Below, one piece after another: positions 20,280 to 29,585 of a DNA stretch of 64,000 nt; position 1 is the first letter of the stretch, and each line of letters starts with the position of its first letter. Position numbers and translations under genes: made by a program. Source of the stretch: an uncultured Verrucomicrobiota bacterium. Its GTDB lineage: Bacteria; Verrucomicrobiota; Verrucomicrobiia; Limisphaerales; DTLC01. The notes beneath the pieces are model-generated. The model saw only the letters and a list, made by a program, of their open reading frames with translations, was not told the origin of the DNA and made no database searches. The stretch lies in contig CAZKTA010000001.1 in NCBI GenBank assembly GCA_964555645.1, forward strand, positions 72,557 through 136,556, written 5' to 3'.

Positions 20280-23039
20280 ATGGGCAGAAAAAATCTCTGG
20301 AGGATTATCGTTATTCTGGTTGTCGGCTGGTCTATATACGCATTGTACCCGCCGAAAGGCCGTGATGTTGCAACCGAGTTTCAGCGGCGCGCGCTTAGAC
20401 GCGACGTTGCGTACTCGAACATTGTATATGAGCTAAGGCAATTGCAGGCACGCAATCCAGCTCGTGCATTTGGCAATCTGCTTGAGGCAATTGGCACAAA
20501 CGATATCACGCGGTATTTCCCGTTCTGGCCCGAGGCACAGAAACAACCTGACCCAACCCGGTACATCCTGCACCGGCTACAGCGTGAAGGCGCAGGCAAA
20601 ATCAGGCTCGGCTTAGACCTGCAGGGCGGCGTCTCGTTCCTTGTGCAGATGCAGTACGAGGTGAACCCCGAGCATTTGTTGGACACGTTCGTTCATGAGG
20701 CGAAAAACACAGACGCCGACTTCACGAACATTGTTGAGACCGTTCAACAGGTCATCAAAGAAAACCCCACTATTCAAATCGGGCAGCTTTTGGACATTTT
20801 GGCGACCAATAACGTTGGCCGGTATTTCGAAGCTGCACCAAGTGGGGGCGAGACAAACCGCGCCCGAGCGGTAGTACAGTGGGTTTACCAACGTGCGCTC
20901 GAGACCTCGCGCAGAGAAGCTGCGCTTGCACAGGCTGTCGAGGTTTTACGCAGGCGCGTTGACAGGTTCGGTGTGGCCGAGCCGATTATTCAGCCTGCCG
21001 GCGCCGACAGGATCTTGATCCAATTGCCCGGCTTATCTGAGGCCGATAAAGAAAGCGCAATGCGTCAAATCCAGCGGGCTGCGTTCCTTGAGTTCAGGCT
21101 CGTACACGAGCAGAGCGACGAGCTGGTCATGCGCGGCGAGCGCGCGCCCGGATACGAATTTCTGCCGCACCCGCATGAGAGTGTTGTTGGGGGGCAACGG
21201 GTCACGGTGCCGGGTTATCTTGTGCAGAAAAAACCCGCGTATGGCATGACGGGCAAATACGTTAAGAATGCTTTTCCCACCCGCGACCCGTACACCGGCG
21301 GGTTACAAATTGCGTTCAACCTAACGTCCGAAGGAGCAAAAATCTTCGGTAGGCTTACCGAGGCAAACGTCGGCCGGCAACTTGCGATTGTGCTTGACGG
21401 CGTGTTGTATTCAGCGCCGGTGATTAAGACAGCGATTCTGGGTGGTAGCGGCGTTATCGAGGGGAACTTCGACCTGGCTGAGGCACAGGAGCTTGCGAAT
21501 GTCCTCCAGAACCCGCTCGAAGCACCGGTTAAGATAATCGAATCGCGCGAGGTTGACCCCTCGCTTGGCAAGGACACGATCCAGAGCGGCATTCGTGCAA
21601 CAATCATAGGGGCAATAGCAGTTGCGTTGTTCATGCTCGGGTATTACCTGCTGGCGGGTCTAGTGGCCAATGTAGCGCTTGTGTTCAACGTGCTGATCAT
21701 TCTGGGCGTGATGTGCTACATCCGTGCTACGTTTACCTTGCCTGGCATAGCCGGTATTGTGCTCACGATCGGCATGGCCGTGGACGCAAACGTGCTCATT
21801 TTCGAGCGGATTCGCGAGGAGCTTGCAGCGGGCAAATCGTTGCGCGGCGCAATCACTGCGGGTTATAAGAAGGCGTTTTGGACGATCTTCGACACAAACC
21901 TGACCACGCTTATTGCGTCGGTGGTCTTGATTATTTTCGGCACCGGACCTGTGAAAGGATTCGGCACAACACTGAGCATCGGAATAGCAGCGAGCTTGTT
22001 TACCGCGCTAATTGTGACACGGCTGATCTTCGAGTTTTTGCTGGACAAAAACCTGCTCAAATCACTGCCGATGCTCAGGTTGATTGGCGGTACAAACATT
22101 GATTTTCTGCGTTGGGCAGTGCCGGCATTTGTAGCATCTTGGGCGTTAATTTTGGTTGGCAACGGGTACGGAATCTTTGTGCGGGGGCACAAGGTGCTTG
22201 GCCCGGATTTTGCGGGTGGAATCCAGCAAACCTATCTTTTCAGCACACCGCAGGCTGGCAGCGCAGACAAGCTACGCGAAGACGTGCGCAAGGCACTTGC
22301 GCCGTTGGGCTTAGGCGAGGTCACGCCCGTGGTACAACGCAATCTTGCTACGGGGGTCGAAACGCTCCGGCTCGTGTTGCCATACAAAGAAGGCATTTCT
22401 GAGCTGGTTGCAAATACACTTCATGAAAAGCTGCCGCAGTACCAACTCAGCCCGCCATCGGTTGACACCGTTGGACCTGTTGTTGGGAAGGAAATTACGC
22501 GCACGGCGATCATCGCTACTCTCATTGCCATGTTTGGTATTTTAGTTTACGTGGCTTTCAGGTACGAGTTTTCGTTTGCTGTCGGTGCGGTTGTTGCTCT
22601 TGTCCACGACATACTGATGACGATGGGCTGGTTTTTCCTCACCGGCCGCGAGCTAAGCGCGCCGATTGTGGCTGCGGTGCTTACTATAATCGGGTTTTCA
22701 ATCAATGACACTATTGTGGTCTTCGACCGGATTCGTGAGGACCTGAAGCTCGGCGTCCGCGGCAGCTTCAGGGATATAATCAACCAGGCGCTCAACCAAT
22801 GTTTGAGCCGCACGATCATCACTTCACTCACGGTGTTTCTGGCCACATTGTCGCTGTACCTTTTCGGTGGGGGTGTGATCAACGACTTTGCCTTTACGTT
22901 CCTTGTGGGCATTTTGACCGGCACGTACTCAAGCATTTACATTGCCAGCGCGCTTGTATTGTGGTGGCACAAGGGCGAACGGCCCGCACTCGGCTCGCAG
23001 GTTGCTATTCAACCCGTTCCAGAGACTGCAAGGGTGTAG
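20280..23039 (+). CDS. secDF: Fused protein-export membrane protein SecD-SecF
   Basis: 919 aa. SecD-like blocks are LGLDLQGG and a periplasmic domain. Two RND-like six-helix bundles follow, containing DANVLIFERIREE and NDTIVVFDRIRED. Confidence 0.9.
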   Translation: MGRKNLWRIIVILVVGWSIYALYPPKGRDVATEFQRRALRRDVAYSNIVYELRQLQARNPARAFGNLLEAIGTNDITRYFPFWPEAQKQPDPTRYILHRLQREGAGKIRLGLDLQGGVSFLVQMQYEVNPEHLLDTFVHEAKNTDADFTNIVETVQQVIKENPTIQIGQLLDILATNNVGRYFEAAPSGGETNRARAVVQWVYQRALETSRREAALAQAVEVLRRRVDRFGVAEPIIQPAGADRILIQLPGLSEADKESAMRQIQRAAFLEFRLVHEQSDELVMRGERAPGYEFLPHPHESVVGGQRVTVPGYLVQKKPAYGMTGKYVKNAFPTRDPYTGGLQIAFNLTSEGAKIFGRLTEANVGRQLAIVLDGVLYSAPVIKTAILGGSGVIEGNFDLAEAQELANVLQNPLEAPVKIIESREVDPSLGKDTIQSGIRATIIGAIAVALFMLGYYLLAGLVANVALVFNVLIILGVMCYIRATFTLPGIAGIVLTIGMAVDANVLIFERIREELAAGKSLRGAITAGYKKAFWTIFDTNLTTLIASVVLIIFGTGPVKGFGTTLSIGIAASLFTALIVTRLIFEFLLDKNLLKSLPMLRLIGGTNIDFLRWAVPAFVASWALILVGNGYGIFVRGHKVLGPDFAGGIQQTYLFSTPQAGSADKLREDVRKALAPLGLGEVTPVVQRNLATGVETLRLVLPYKEGISELVANTLHEKLPQYQLSPPSVDTVGPVVGKEITRTAIIATLIAMFGILVYVAFRYEFSFAVGAVVALVHDILMTMGWFFLTGRELSAPIVAAVLTIIGFSINDTIVVFDRIREDLKLGVRGSFRDIINQALNQCLSRTIITSLTVFLATLSLYLFGGGVINDFAFTFLVGILTGTYSSIYIASALVLWWHKGERPALGSQVAIQPVPETARV

Positions 23040-23351
23040 CGGGCGGCAACATGCACGCTCGACCCGATCAACATAACCGGTTGACATTGGGCTGGTTTGT
23101 TGCTGTGCACAGTCGTCTTGCTTGTGCTCAAGCTGGGCATGCCCCACAGACATACGCGCCTCGTCAACTTCGAGGCGGCAGCAGATTGGCTGGTCCTGTG
23201 GTTCACGCTTTCGCTTTGTTTTGGTTAGGTCGTGGTGGCCAACGTTGTATCGGGCTGGACAAAACAAGAAACCCTAGAGTTTGTCACCGGCTCGGCGTGC
23301 AAAGTCAGCTTGGCTGAAACCCCGGCCTCGGCCTGAGCGTACATTTTGCAG

Positions 23352-23996
23352 ATGCAACAGCCGCTGTCGCAAAGCCTAGTCGAGCTGCTGAAGCAAAACT
23401 CAGCGTCCGGTTCATTGACTCTTAACATGCTATTAGAGCGTACGCACGGCCGCGGCCTTTACCTTGTGATGGTCGTTTTGTGTTTGCCATTTGTAGTGCC
23501 GCTGTCGGTGCCCGGGCTCAGCACCGCGGTGGGTCTTACAATCATGGTTGTGGCAATGCGACAAGCTCTTGGCAAGCGGCCGCGCCTACCCAAGGTGCTC
23601 GGAGAACGCCCGGTGCCGGACCGGTTCAAAAGCCGAGCTTTGTCTGGCAGTGCCAAGTTGCTTTCCAAACTCGAAAAACTTGTCCGACCACGCCGTACGC
23701 ATTGGCTTGCCTGGCCGGCTGCAAGACTTGCGAACGGACTTTTGATAGCATTCATGGCGGTTCTGCTTGCATTGCCGTTGCCGTCACCCCCGTTCTTCTT
23801 TACGAATTCGCTGCCGAGTTACGCGATTATTTTGATTGCGCTGAGCATGATGGAACAGGACGGGCTATTGATCTGGCTCGGGTACGCCGCAGCAGCGTGC
23901 ACGTGCGTGTATTTTGCGTTTTGGGGTGATTTGATCGCAAACCATCTTGTCCGGTGGATAGGCATGTTGATTGCGCTTTTGCGTTGGATGCAATGA
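23352..23996 (+). CDS. ExoD-family (exopolysaccharide synthesis) membrane protein
   Basis: Contains LERTHGRGLYLVMVVLCLPFVVPLSVPGLSTAVGLTIMVVAMRQALG plus C-terminal hydrophobic segments. The ATG is at 23352; the track used a TTG at 23346. Confidence 0.65.
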   Translation: MQQPLSQSLVELLKQNSASGSLTLNMLLERTHGRGLYLVMVVLCLPFVVPLSVPGLSTAVGLTIMVVAMRQALGKRPRLPKVLGERPVPDRFKSRALSGSAKLLSKLEKLVRPRRTHWLAWPAARLANGLLIAFMAVLLALPLPSPPFFFTNSLPSYAIILIALSMMEQDGLLIWLGYAAAACTCVYFAFWGDLIANHLVRWIGMLIALLRWMQ

Positions 23997-25765
23997 AATG
24001 CCGCTGGTCAGTCGCGCATGCGCAACCGTTGCTTGCACAACGGCTGGCCAGGCAGTTGGGCATTAGCACGCTGTTGGCGCAGTGCATGCTCAACCGCGGT
24101 CTGACCGATGCTGAATCAATCCAAAAATTCCTCGAGCCGCGTCTTGCACATTTGTCCGACCCGTTCAGCCTCCCGAATATGCATGCGGCAGTCGAGCGGT
24201 TGTTTGATGCGCTGAAGAAACACGAGCCAGTTGTTGTCTTTGGCGATTATGACGTTGACGGTGTTACGTCAACAGCATTGCTTGTGGAGTTGTTCAAGTG
24301 TGTGGGTTTAAAGGTTGATTTTTACCTCCCCAAAAGACTGGACGAAGGCTACGGCCTGAGCCAAAGAGCAGTTGCCAATTGTCTGGAGCATTTCCCAACT
24401 AAACTGTTGATTGCGGTTGATTGCGGTTCAACGGCAATCGAGACTGTCCAGTGGCTGCGTCAGCGTGGTATTGACGTGATTATACTCGACCATCATCAAC
24501 TGGCGTCACCGCCCCCGCGTGCAACTGCACTGGTGAACCCGCAATTGGCTTCTGCAACATCAGATGCTGAGTTGCATGCTGGACATGCGTGTAAATCAGC
24601 CAAGGTTCAGCCAGGAAATTTGACTGAGCTGTGTTCGGTTGGACTCGCGTTCAAACTTGCACATGCTGTTGTCAAGCATGGCCGCTCTGTGGGGTTTAAG
24701 CCAGCAGCACAGTTTGATGTGCGCAGGTTGCTCGAACTGGTTGCACTGGGCACGATAGCTGACATTGTGCCGCTGACGGGTGAAAACCGGATTTTGGTTT
24801 CAGCAGGTCTGGCGCGCTTGAGCACAACCGACCGACCCGGCCTAGTTGCGCTCAAGACAGTTTCTCGTTGCCCGGCTACAGTTGGCCCGTATGAAGTTGG
24901 TTTTCAACTTGCACCCCGATTAAATGCCGCGGGCAGGCTCGAGACGGCCGAACAGGCACTGCGACTCTTGTTAACAACCGACACCGCCGAAGCAGACTTG
25001 CTTGCACGTGCACTGGACGCGTTCAACCGTGAAAGACAAAAAATCGAGCAGACAATAACCGACGAAATTGTTAACGCGGTTCAAGCCGGCTTCGACCCCG
25101 ACATAGATTATGTGATTGTCGAGGGACGTGAAGGTTGGCACATGGGTGTGATTGGGATTGTTGCATCGCGCCTTGTGCAACAGTTCCATCGCCCTGCCGT
25201 GGTCGTTGGTGGTCAAGGCACCCGGTTGCGTGGTTCTGGCCGGAGCATCGAGGGGTTCGATCTAGCGGCAGCATTACGGCAATGCAGCCACCTGCTGCTT
25301 GACCACGGCGGACACGCAATGGCTGCCGGCTTGACAATTAGACCTGAAAACATCCCAGCGCTCAGACGGCAGCTCAATGAAATTGCGCGTAAATCGCTCA
25401 GGCCAGAAATGCTGCAACCGTGCTTGTGCATTGATGCCGAGGTGACTTTGGGCGAGCTGAACATCGGGCGCGTGCGTGAGTTGGACCGACTCAAGCCGTT
25501 TGGTCTTGGCAACCCACCTGTGCGATTCATGGCACGTAGACTGACACACCACCGGCCTTTGCGACGCATCGGGCCAGACTGCCAACACGTCAAAATGTGG
25601 GTAACGGACGGCACCACAACGCGCCAGACGCTTTGGTGGGGTGCAGGCAATGAACTATTGCCAACGGGTAGATTTGATCTTGCGTTTACACCTGTGATTC
25701 ATGAATTCGGCGAGCGCATGACGGTTCAATTGCGTGTATTGGACTGGCGGCCTGCAGTGGACTAA
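23993..25765 (+). CDS. recJ: Single-stranded-DNA-specific exonuclease RecJ
   Basis: ORF 23954..25765. I chose the start at ATG 23993 (MKCRWSV), which overlaps the exoD stop as ATGA. DHH blocks are VVVFGDYDVDGVTS, IAVDCGS and ILDHH, and the DHHA1 block is GGHAMAAG. Confidence 0.9.
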   Translation: MKCRWSVAHAQPLLAQRLARQLGISTLLAQCMLNRGLTDAESIQKFLEPRLAHLSDPFSLPNMHAAVERLFDALKKHEPVVVFGDYDVDGVTSTALLVELFKCVGLKVDFYLPKRLDEGYGLSQRAVANCLEHFPTKLLIAVDCGSTAIETVQWLRQRGIDVIILDHHQLASPPPRATALVNPQLASATSDAELHAGHACKSAKVQPGNLTELCSVGLAFKLAHAVVKHGRSVGFKPAAQFDVRRLLELVALGTIADIVPLTGENRILVSAGLARLSTTDRPGLVALKTVSRCPATVGPYEVGFQLAPRLNAAGRLETAEQALRLLLTTDTAEADLLARALDAFNRERQKIEQTITDEIVNAVQAGFDPDIDYVIVEGREGWHMGVIGIVASRLVQQFHRPAVVVGGQGTRLRGSGRSIEGFDLAAALRQCSHLLLDHGGHAMAAGLTIRPENIPALRRQLNEIARKSLRPEMLQPCLCIDAEVTLGELNIGRVRELDRLKPFGLGNPPVRFMARRLTHHRPLRRIGPDCQHVKMWVTDGTTTRQTLWWGAGNELLPTGRFDLAFTPVIHEFGERMTVQLRVLDWRPAVD

Positions 25766-26152
25766 TCGGGACCTGGGTCACTGCCGACGCCGGTAAGTCC
25801 AGTCTTCGATGGCTGGAACCAAGCGCCAAGCTACGACTGGTGTTGCACGTGCCAAACACAGATGGCTGACTGTAATATGGCTTCCTAACTCACCGAGGAT
25901 TTAATTGTACCACCAGCGTTTGCACGCGGGTATCTATTGACGCCAAAAAGGTTAGCGCCGATACCTTGTCAAGTTTTTGTGCAGATTCGGTTTGCTTTTT
26001 TTGTGCAAGTGGCCATCATCAACCGCACACAGAGCCAATTGGACTTTTCGAGATGCGGTAAATCTTCAAGTGACCCTGTTCAGTGAAGGTTTGAAACCCG
26101 GCGGTCGGGAACGGTCTCACGAGATGGCCGATAGCTCTGCGGCAAAGTTATC

Positions 26153-26458
26153 ATGCAAAACAGACTGTATGTTGGCGGGCTTGCTCCAGATGTCACCGAA
26201 ACAGACCTGCAAGCTTTGTTCTCACAGCACGGCGGCGTGACTGAAGCCAACATTGTGCTTGATCGGTTCACGCATAAATCGCGTGGGTTCGGCTTCGTTA
26301 CGATGGCAAACGACGAAGCCGCGCAAACCGCAATTCAAAAGCTAAACGGCACGAGTTTCAAAGGTCGCACAATTACAGTTAACGTTGCGCGACCGCGCGA
26401 GGAACGACACGGGGGCGGCAGGTATCGTGGTGCGCACGGCGGCGGGCGCATGGGCTGA
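26153..26458 (+). CDS. RRM-type (RNP-1/RNP-2) RNA-binding protein with a Gly/Arg-rich tail
   Basis: RNP-2 is LYVGGL and RNP-1 is RGFGFVTM. The C-terminal tail is RHGGGRYRGAHGGGRMG. Confidence 0.9.
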   Translation: MQNRLYVGGLAPDVTETDLQALFSQHGGVTEANIVLDRFTHKSRGFGFVTMANDEAAQTAIQKLNGTSFKGRTITVNVARPREERHGGGRYRGAHGGGRMG

Positions 26459-26741
26459 GCGCAATCTGTTTCAAGCCCGTTTGCCCGTGGGTTTTCGACT
26501 GGGGCAAGTCAGTGTGACTGCCACCGGCGGGTGTAAACCGTCGGCCTGCAGTCGAACGAGGAGGTGGGTAGCAACATTCCCTGGCCAGAGTCTTTTAGCA
26601 CGAACCGGAGCATCCTGCAATTGGCCTCGAGCATAGAAAATCTTCGGGCCTCGCCGGGCTTCAGCCCCGGCACGAACAACATTCAAGCGTTAAGACAGTT
26701 GACGACGCTTAGCTGACGCGCCAGCCTAAATACACAACGTT

Positions 26742-27431
26742 ATGAACACAAGCAGTTTATCGGCAGCCGAGCTTGCGCGGTTTATTGATCATACGTTGCT
26801 TAAACCGGATGCAACCGCAAAGGACATCGAAAAGTTATGCACTGAAGCGCGTGAATTTAATTTTTACAGTGTATGCGTTAACGGTTCGCGCGTTGTACAG
26901 GCGCGGTATCTACTCGAAGACACGGAAGTGAAAGTGTGTTGTGTGATTGGTTTTCCACTTGGCGCAGTGGCAGCCGACGTCAAACGATTCGAAACCGAGG
27001 CCGCAATTGACGATGGTGCGCATGAGGTGGATGTGGTGTTGAACATCGGAAAATTAAAAGAGGGCGATGACAACTACGTGTTGCGCGAGTTGCGCGATGT
27101 TGTCGAAGCTGCCGATGAACACCCCGTGAAGGTTATTCTCGAAACGTGTCTGCTCACGCGTGAAGAAAAAATCCGCGCGTGTCACCTGGTGTTGGATTCG
27201 GGCGCGGAGTTTGTGAAAACCTCGACTGGATTTGGCGGCGCCGGCGCCACAATTGAAGACGTTAACCTGTTGCGCGACGTGGTGGGACCGCGGTTCGGCG
27301 TCAAAGCTGCAGGCGGGATTCGTGATACACAAACTGCACTGGCGATGATTGCCGCAGGCGCAAACCGGCTTGGGACATCCGCAAGTGTGGCAATAATAAA
27401 AGGTCTTGTAACGCACTCGGCCGGGTATTGA
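26742..27431 (+). CDS. deoC: Deoxyribose-phosphate aldolase
   Basis: Contains IDHTLLKPDAT, VCVIGFPLG and FVKTSTGF (the Schiff-base Lys block). Confidence 0.9.
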   Translation: MNTSSLSAAELARFIDHTLLKPDATAKDIEKLCTEAREFNFYSVCVNGSRVVQARYLLEDTEVKVCCVIGFPLGAVAADVKRFETEAAIDDGAHEVDVVLNIGKLKEGDDNYVLRELRDVVEAADEHPVKVILETCLLTREEKIRACHLVLDSGAEFVKTSTGFGGAGATIEDVNLLRDVVGPRFGVKAAGGIRDTQTALAMIAAGANRLGTSASVAIIKGLVTHSAGY

Positions 27432-27452
27432 AGTCTGGCGTTGATTAGTGAC

Positions 27453-27526
27453 TGGAGCGGGTGATGGGAATCGAACCCACGTAGCCAGCTTGGAAGGCTG
27501 GAGCTCTACCACTGAGCTACACCCGC
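27453..27526 (-). tRNA. tRNA-Gly (anticodon UCC), CCA encoded
   Basis: The reverse complement GCGGGTGTAGCTCAGTGGTAGAGCTCCAGCCTTCCAAGCTGGCTACGTGGGTTCGATTCCCATCACCCGCTCCA folds as a 74-nt cloverleaf with anticodon loop CTTCCAA. Confidence 0.95.
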
Positions 27527-27557
27527 AACCCGAAGCATATTATCCGGTGCACTTGCA

Positions 27558-29006
27558 ATGTCAACCGCCGCAAGTATATCCTTCGAGCCGATGAGTTCAC
27601 TGTTGCTCATTGGCGGGCGTGTAATCGACCCGGCAAATTCGGCTTTCCGGGACGTTGTTGCGGACCTTTTGATTCAGGATAGCAAAATAACTGCTGTTGG
27701 AGCTGATGCGGCAAAAAAAGCGCCTCCAGACGCAACGCGGATAGATGTCAGAGGCCTGATTGTTTGTCCTGGCTTGATAGACATGCATGTGCATCTGCGC
27801 GAGCCTGGCCAGGCAGCCAAGGAAACCATTGCAACAGGGACTGCCGCGGCTGCGCGTGGTGGGTTCACGTCGGTGGTGTGTATGCCCAATACAACGCCTG
27901 CGATTGATAATCCGACCACGGTCGCGTTGATTCACGAACGCGCTTTGCGGCATGGTGCTGTGAACGTGTTTGTTGCAGGTACAATCACAAAAAACATTGC
28001 CGGGGAAGAACTTGCGCCGATCGGCTCGTTGTATCGCGCCGGTGTGGTTGCAATCAGCGACGATGGCAACTGCATCCAAAACAATGAACTGATGCGGCGC
28101 GCGCTCGAGTACGCGCGCATGTTCGATTTGCCTGTGCTTGATCATTGCCAGGACAGCGCGTTGGCAGCCGACGGTGTGATGCATGAAGGGTATTGGAGCA
28201 CCGTGCTAGGATTGCGCGGTTTGCCCGCGGTGGCCGAGGAGGTGATTGTTGCACGGAACATCTTGCTCGCCAAGCTGACCGGTGCACATGTGCATTGCCA
28301 ACACATTAGTGCAGCTGGCAGCGTCGAGCTTTTGCGTCAGGCTAAACAAGCGGGGTTGCCAGTGTCAGGCGAAGCATGTCCGCATCATTTCACGCTTACC
28401 GACGCAGCAGTTGCGGGTAGCGACAAGTTTTGGGCTACAGATGCCAAAGGATTGTTTGTAGCAACACAACACGCTGATCAGTTGCCGCGTTGGCCTTCTT
28501 ACGACACAAATTTCAAGGTTAACCCGCCGATCCGTTCCGCTGCCGATAGGGAAGCGCTCCTTGCAGGGCTGGCGGACGGCACAATTGATGTGATCGCCAG
28601 TGACCATGCGCCACACTGCGATTACGAAAAAGAAGTCGAGTTCGATGTTGCGCCGTTCGGGATGACCGGGCTTGAGACGGCGTTGGCGCTATCGTTGATG
28701 CAGCTTTATCATAATGGTCGGCTTGGGCTGGTCGAGTTGATTGCCAAATTCACTATAAACCCGGCGAGGCTGCTGCATTTGTCAAAGGGGACACTGAGCG
28801 TTGGTGCAGACGCAGATGTCACTGTGATTGATCCGGACCGACAGTGGGTTTTGACTGTTGACTGCACTGCCAGTAAGTCGCGTAACAGCCCGTTTTACGG
28901 CTGGAAACTTAAAGGTAAAGCAATGCTTACAATCGTTGGCGGCAAAATCGTGTGGCGAGACAACAATTTGCAATCGGCGGTGGATAATGCAAAATTGCGC
29001 TCATGA
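27558..29006 (+). CDS. pyrC: Dihydroorotase (amidohydrolase superfamily)
   Basis: Contains GLIDMHVHLREPG, VCMPNT and IASDHAPH. An alternative start is at 27591 (MSSLLLIGGRVIDP). Confidence 0.85.
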   Translation: MSTAASISFEPMSSLLLIGGRVIDPANSAFRDVVADLLIQDSKITAVGADAAKKAPPDATRIDVRGLIVCPGLIDMHVHLREPGQAAKETIATGTAAAARGGFTSVVCMPNTTPAIDNPTTVALIHERALRHGAVNVFVAGTITKNIAGEELAPIGSLYRAGVVAISDDGNCIQNNELMRRALEYARMFDLPVLDHCQDSALAADGVMHEGYWSTVLGLRGLPAVAEEVIVARNILLAKLTGAHVHCQHISAAGSVELLRQAKQAGLPVSGEACPHHFTLTDAAVAGSDKFWATDAKGLFVATQHADQLPRWPSYDTNFKVNPPIRSAADREALLAGLADGTIDVIASDHAPHCDYEKEVEFDVAPFGMTGLETALALSLMQLYHNGRLGLVELIAKFTINPARLLHLSKGTLSVGADADVTVIDPDRQWVLTVDCTASKSRNSPFYGWKLKGKAMLTIVGGKIVWRDNNLQSAVDNAKLRS

Positions 29007-29524
29007 AATGTGTAGTCGCAAAACCAATCCTTTTTTTGTGGCTTGGTTGTTGGGTGGTGTCGAGTTTGGCTGGGGCGCAACTTGACTGGATGACAGATGC
29101 CAAACAAGCGCTGACCAAGGCCAAGTCGGAACAAAAACTTGTGTTGCTAAACTTTACCGGTTCAGACTGGTGCCCGTGGTGCATTCGGCTGGACAAGGAA
29201 GTTTTTTCGACGCCTGAATTTGCGGCGTATGCCAATACAAATCTTGTGCTTGTGTTGGTGGATTTCCCGCGCAAAAAACAGCTCGCCAAAGAACAACAAC
29301 AGGCGAATAGGGCCTTGGCAGCAAAATATGGCATTAAAGGGTACCCGACACTGGTTATTTTGGACAGCGCTGGCAACAGGCTCGGTGACCTTGGTTACAA
29401 GCCAGGCGGACCGAGCTGGTTCATAGCTGAGCTGGAAAAACTGCGCCAAAAAGCCGCGAGTCGTACCCAGTCGAAGCCGGCGCCTGATGCGGGTACCAAC
29501 GCGCAGAAACCCGATAGCCGGTAA
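29003..29524 (+). CDS. Secreted thioredoxin-fold protein (CxxC)
   Basis: Signal-like N-terminus MKCVVAKPILFLWLGCWVVSSLAGA, then LLNFTGSDWCPWC (CPWC active site) and GYPTLVIL. The start overlaps the pyrC stop (ATGA). Confidence 0.75.
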   Translation: MKCVVAKPILFLWLGCWVVSSLAGAQLDWMTDAKQALTKAKSEQKLVLLNFTGSDWCPWCIRLDKEVFSTPEFAAYANTNLVLVLVDFPRKKQLAKEQQQANRALAAKYGIKGYPTLVILDSAGNRLGDLGYKPGGPSWFIAELEKLRQKAASRTQSKPAPDAGTNAQKPDSR

Positions 29525-29585
29525 CAAGCACGATTTGCGATTGACTGGTTCGACGCAGGGGCAATAATCAACGCAAAAACTACTT

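Noticed and set aside
23097-23228. A possible small two-TM peptide ORF after secDF (LLLCTVVLLVLKLGMPHRHTRLVNFEAAADWLVLWFTLSLCFG).
   Set aside because: It would need a TTG start with no RBS. It is short enough to arise by chance, and I know of no matching family. It would be worth a look only if conserved in relatives.
26485-26741. A tmRNA-like 5' motif (GGGUUUUCGACUGGGG resembles the GGAUUCGACGGG of ssrA).
   Set aside because: There is no GGGG acceptor start at the right distance, no tag ORF ending in Ala-Ala-stop, and no tRNA-like T-arm/CCA 3' end. The gap (283 bp) is also too short for a tmRNA. The UUCGACUG is better explained as one strand of the local 8-bp helix.
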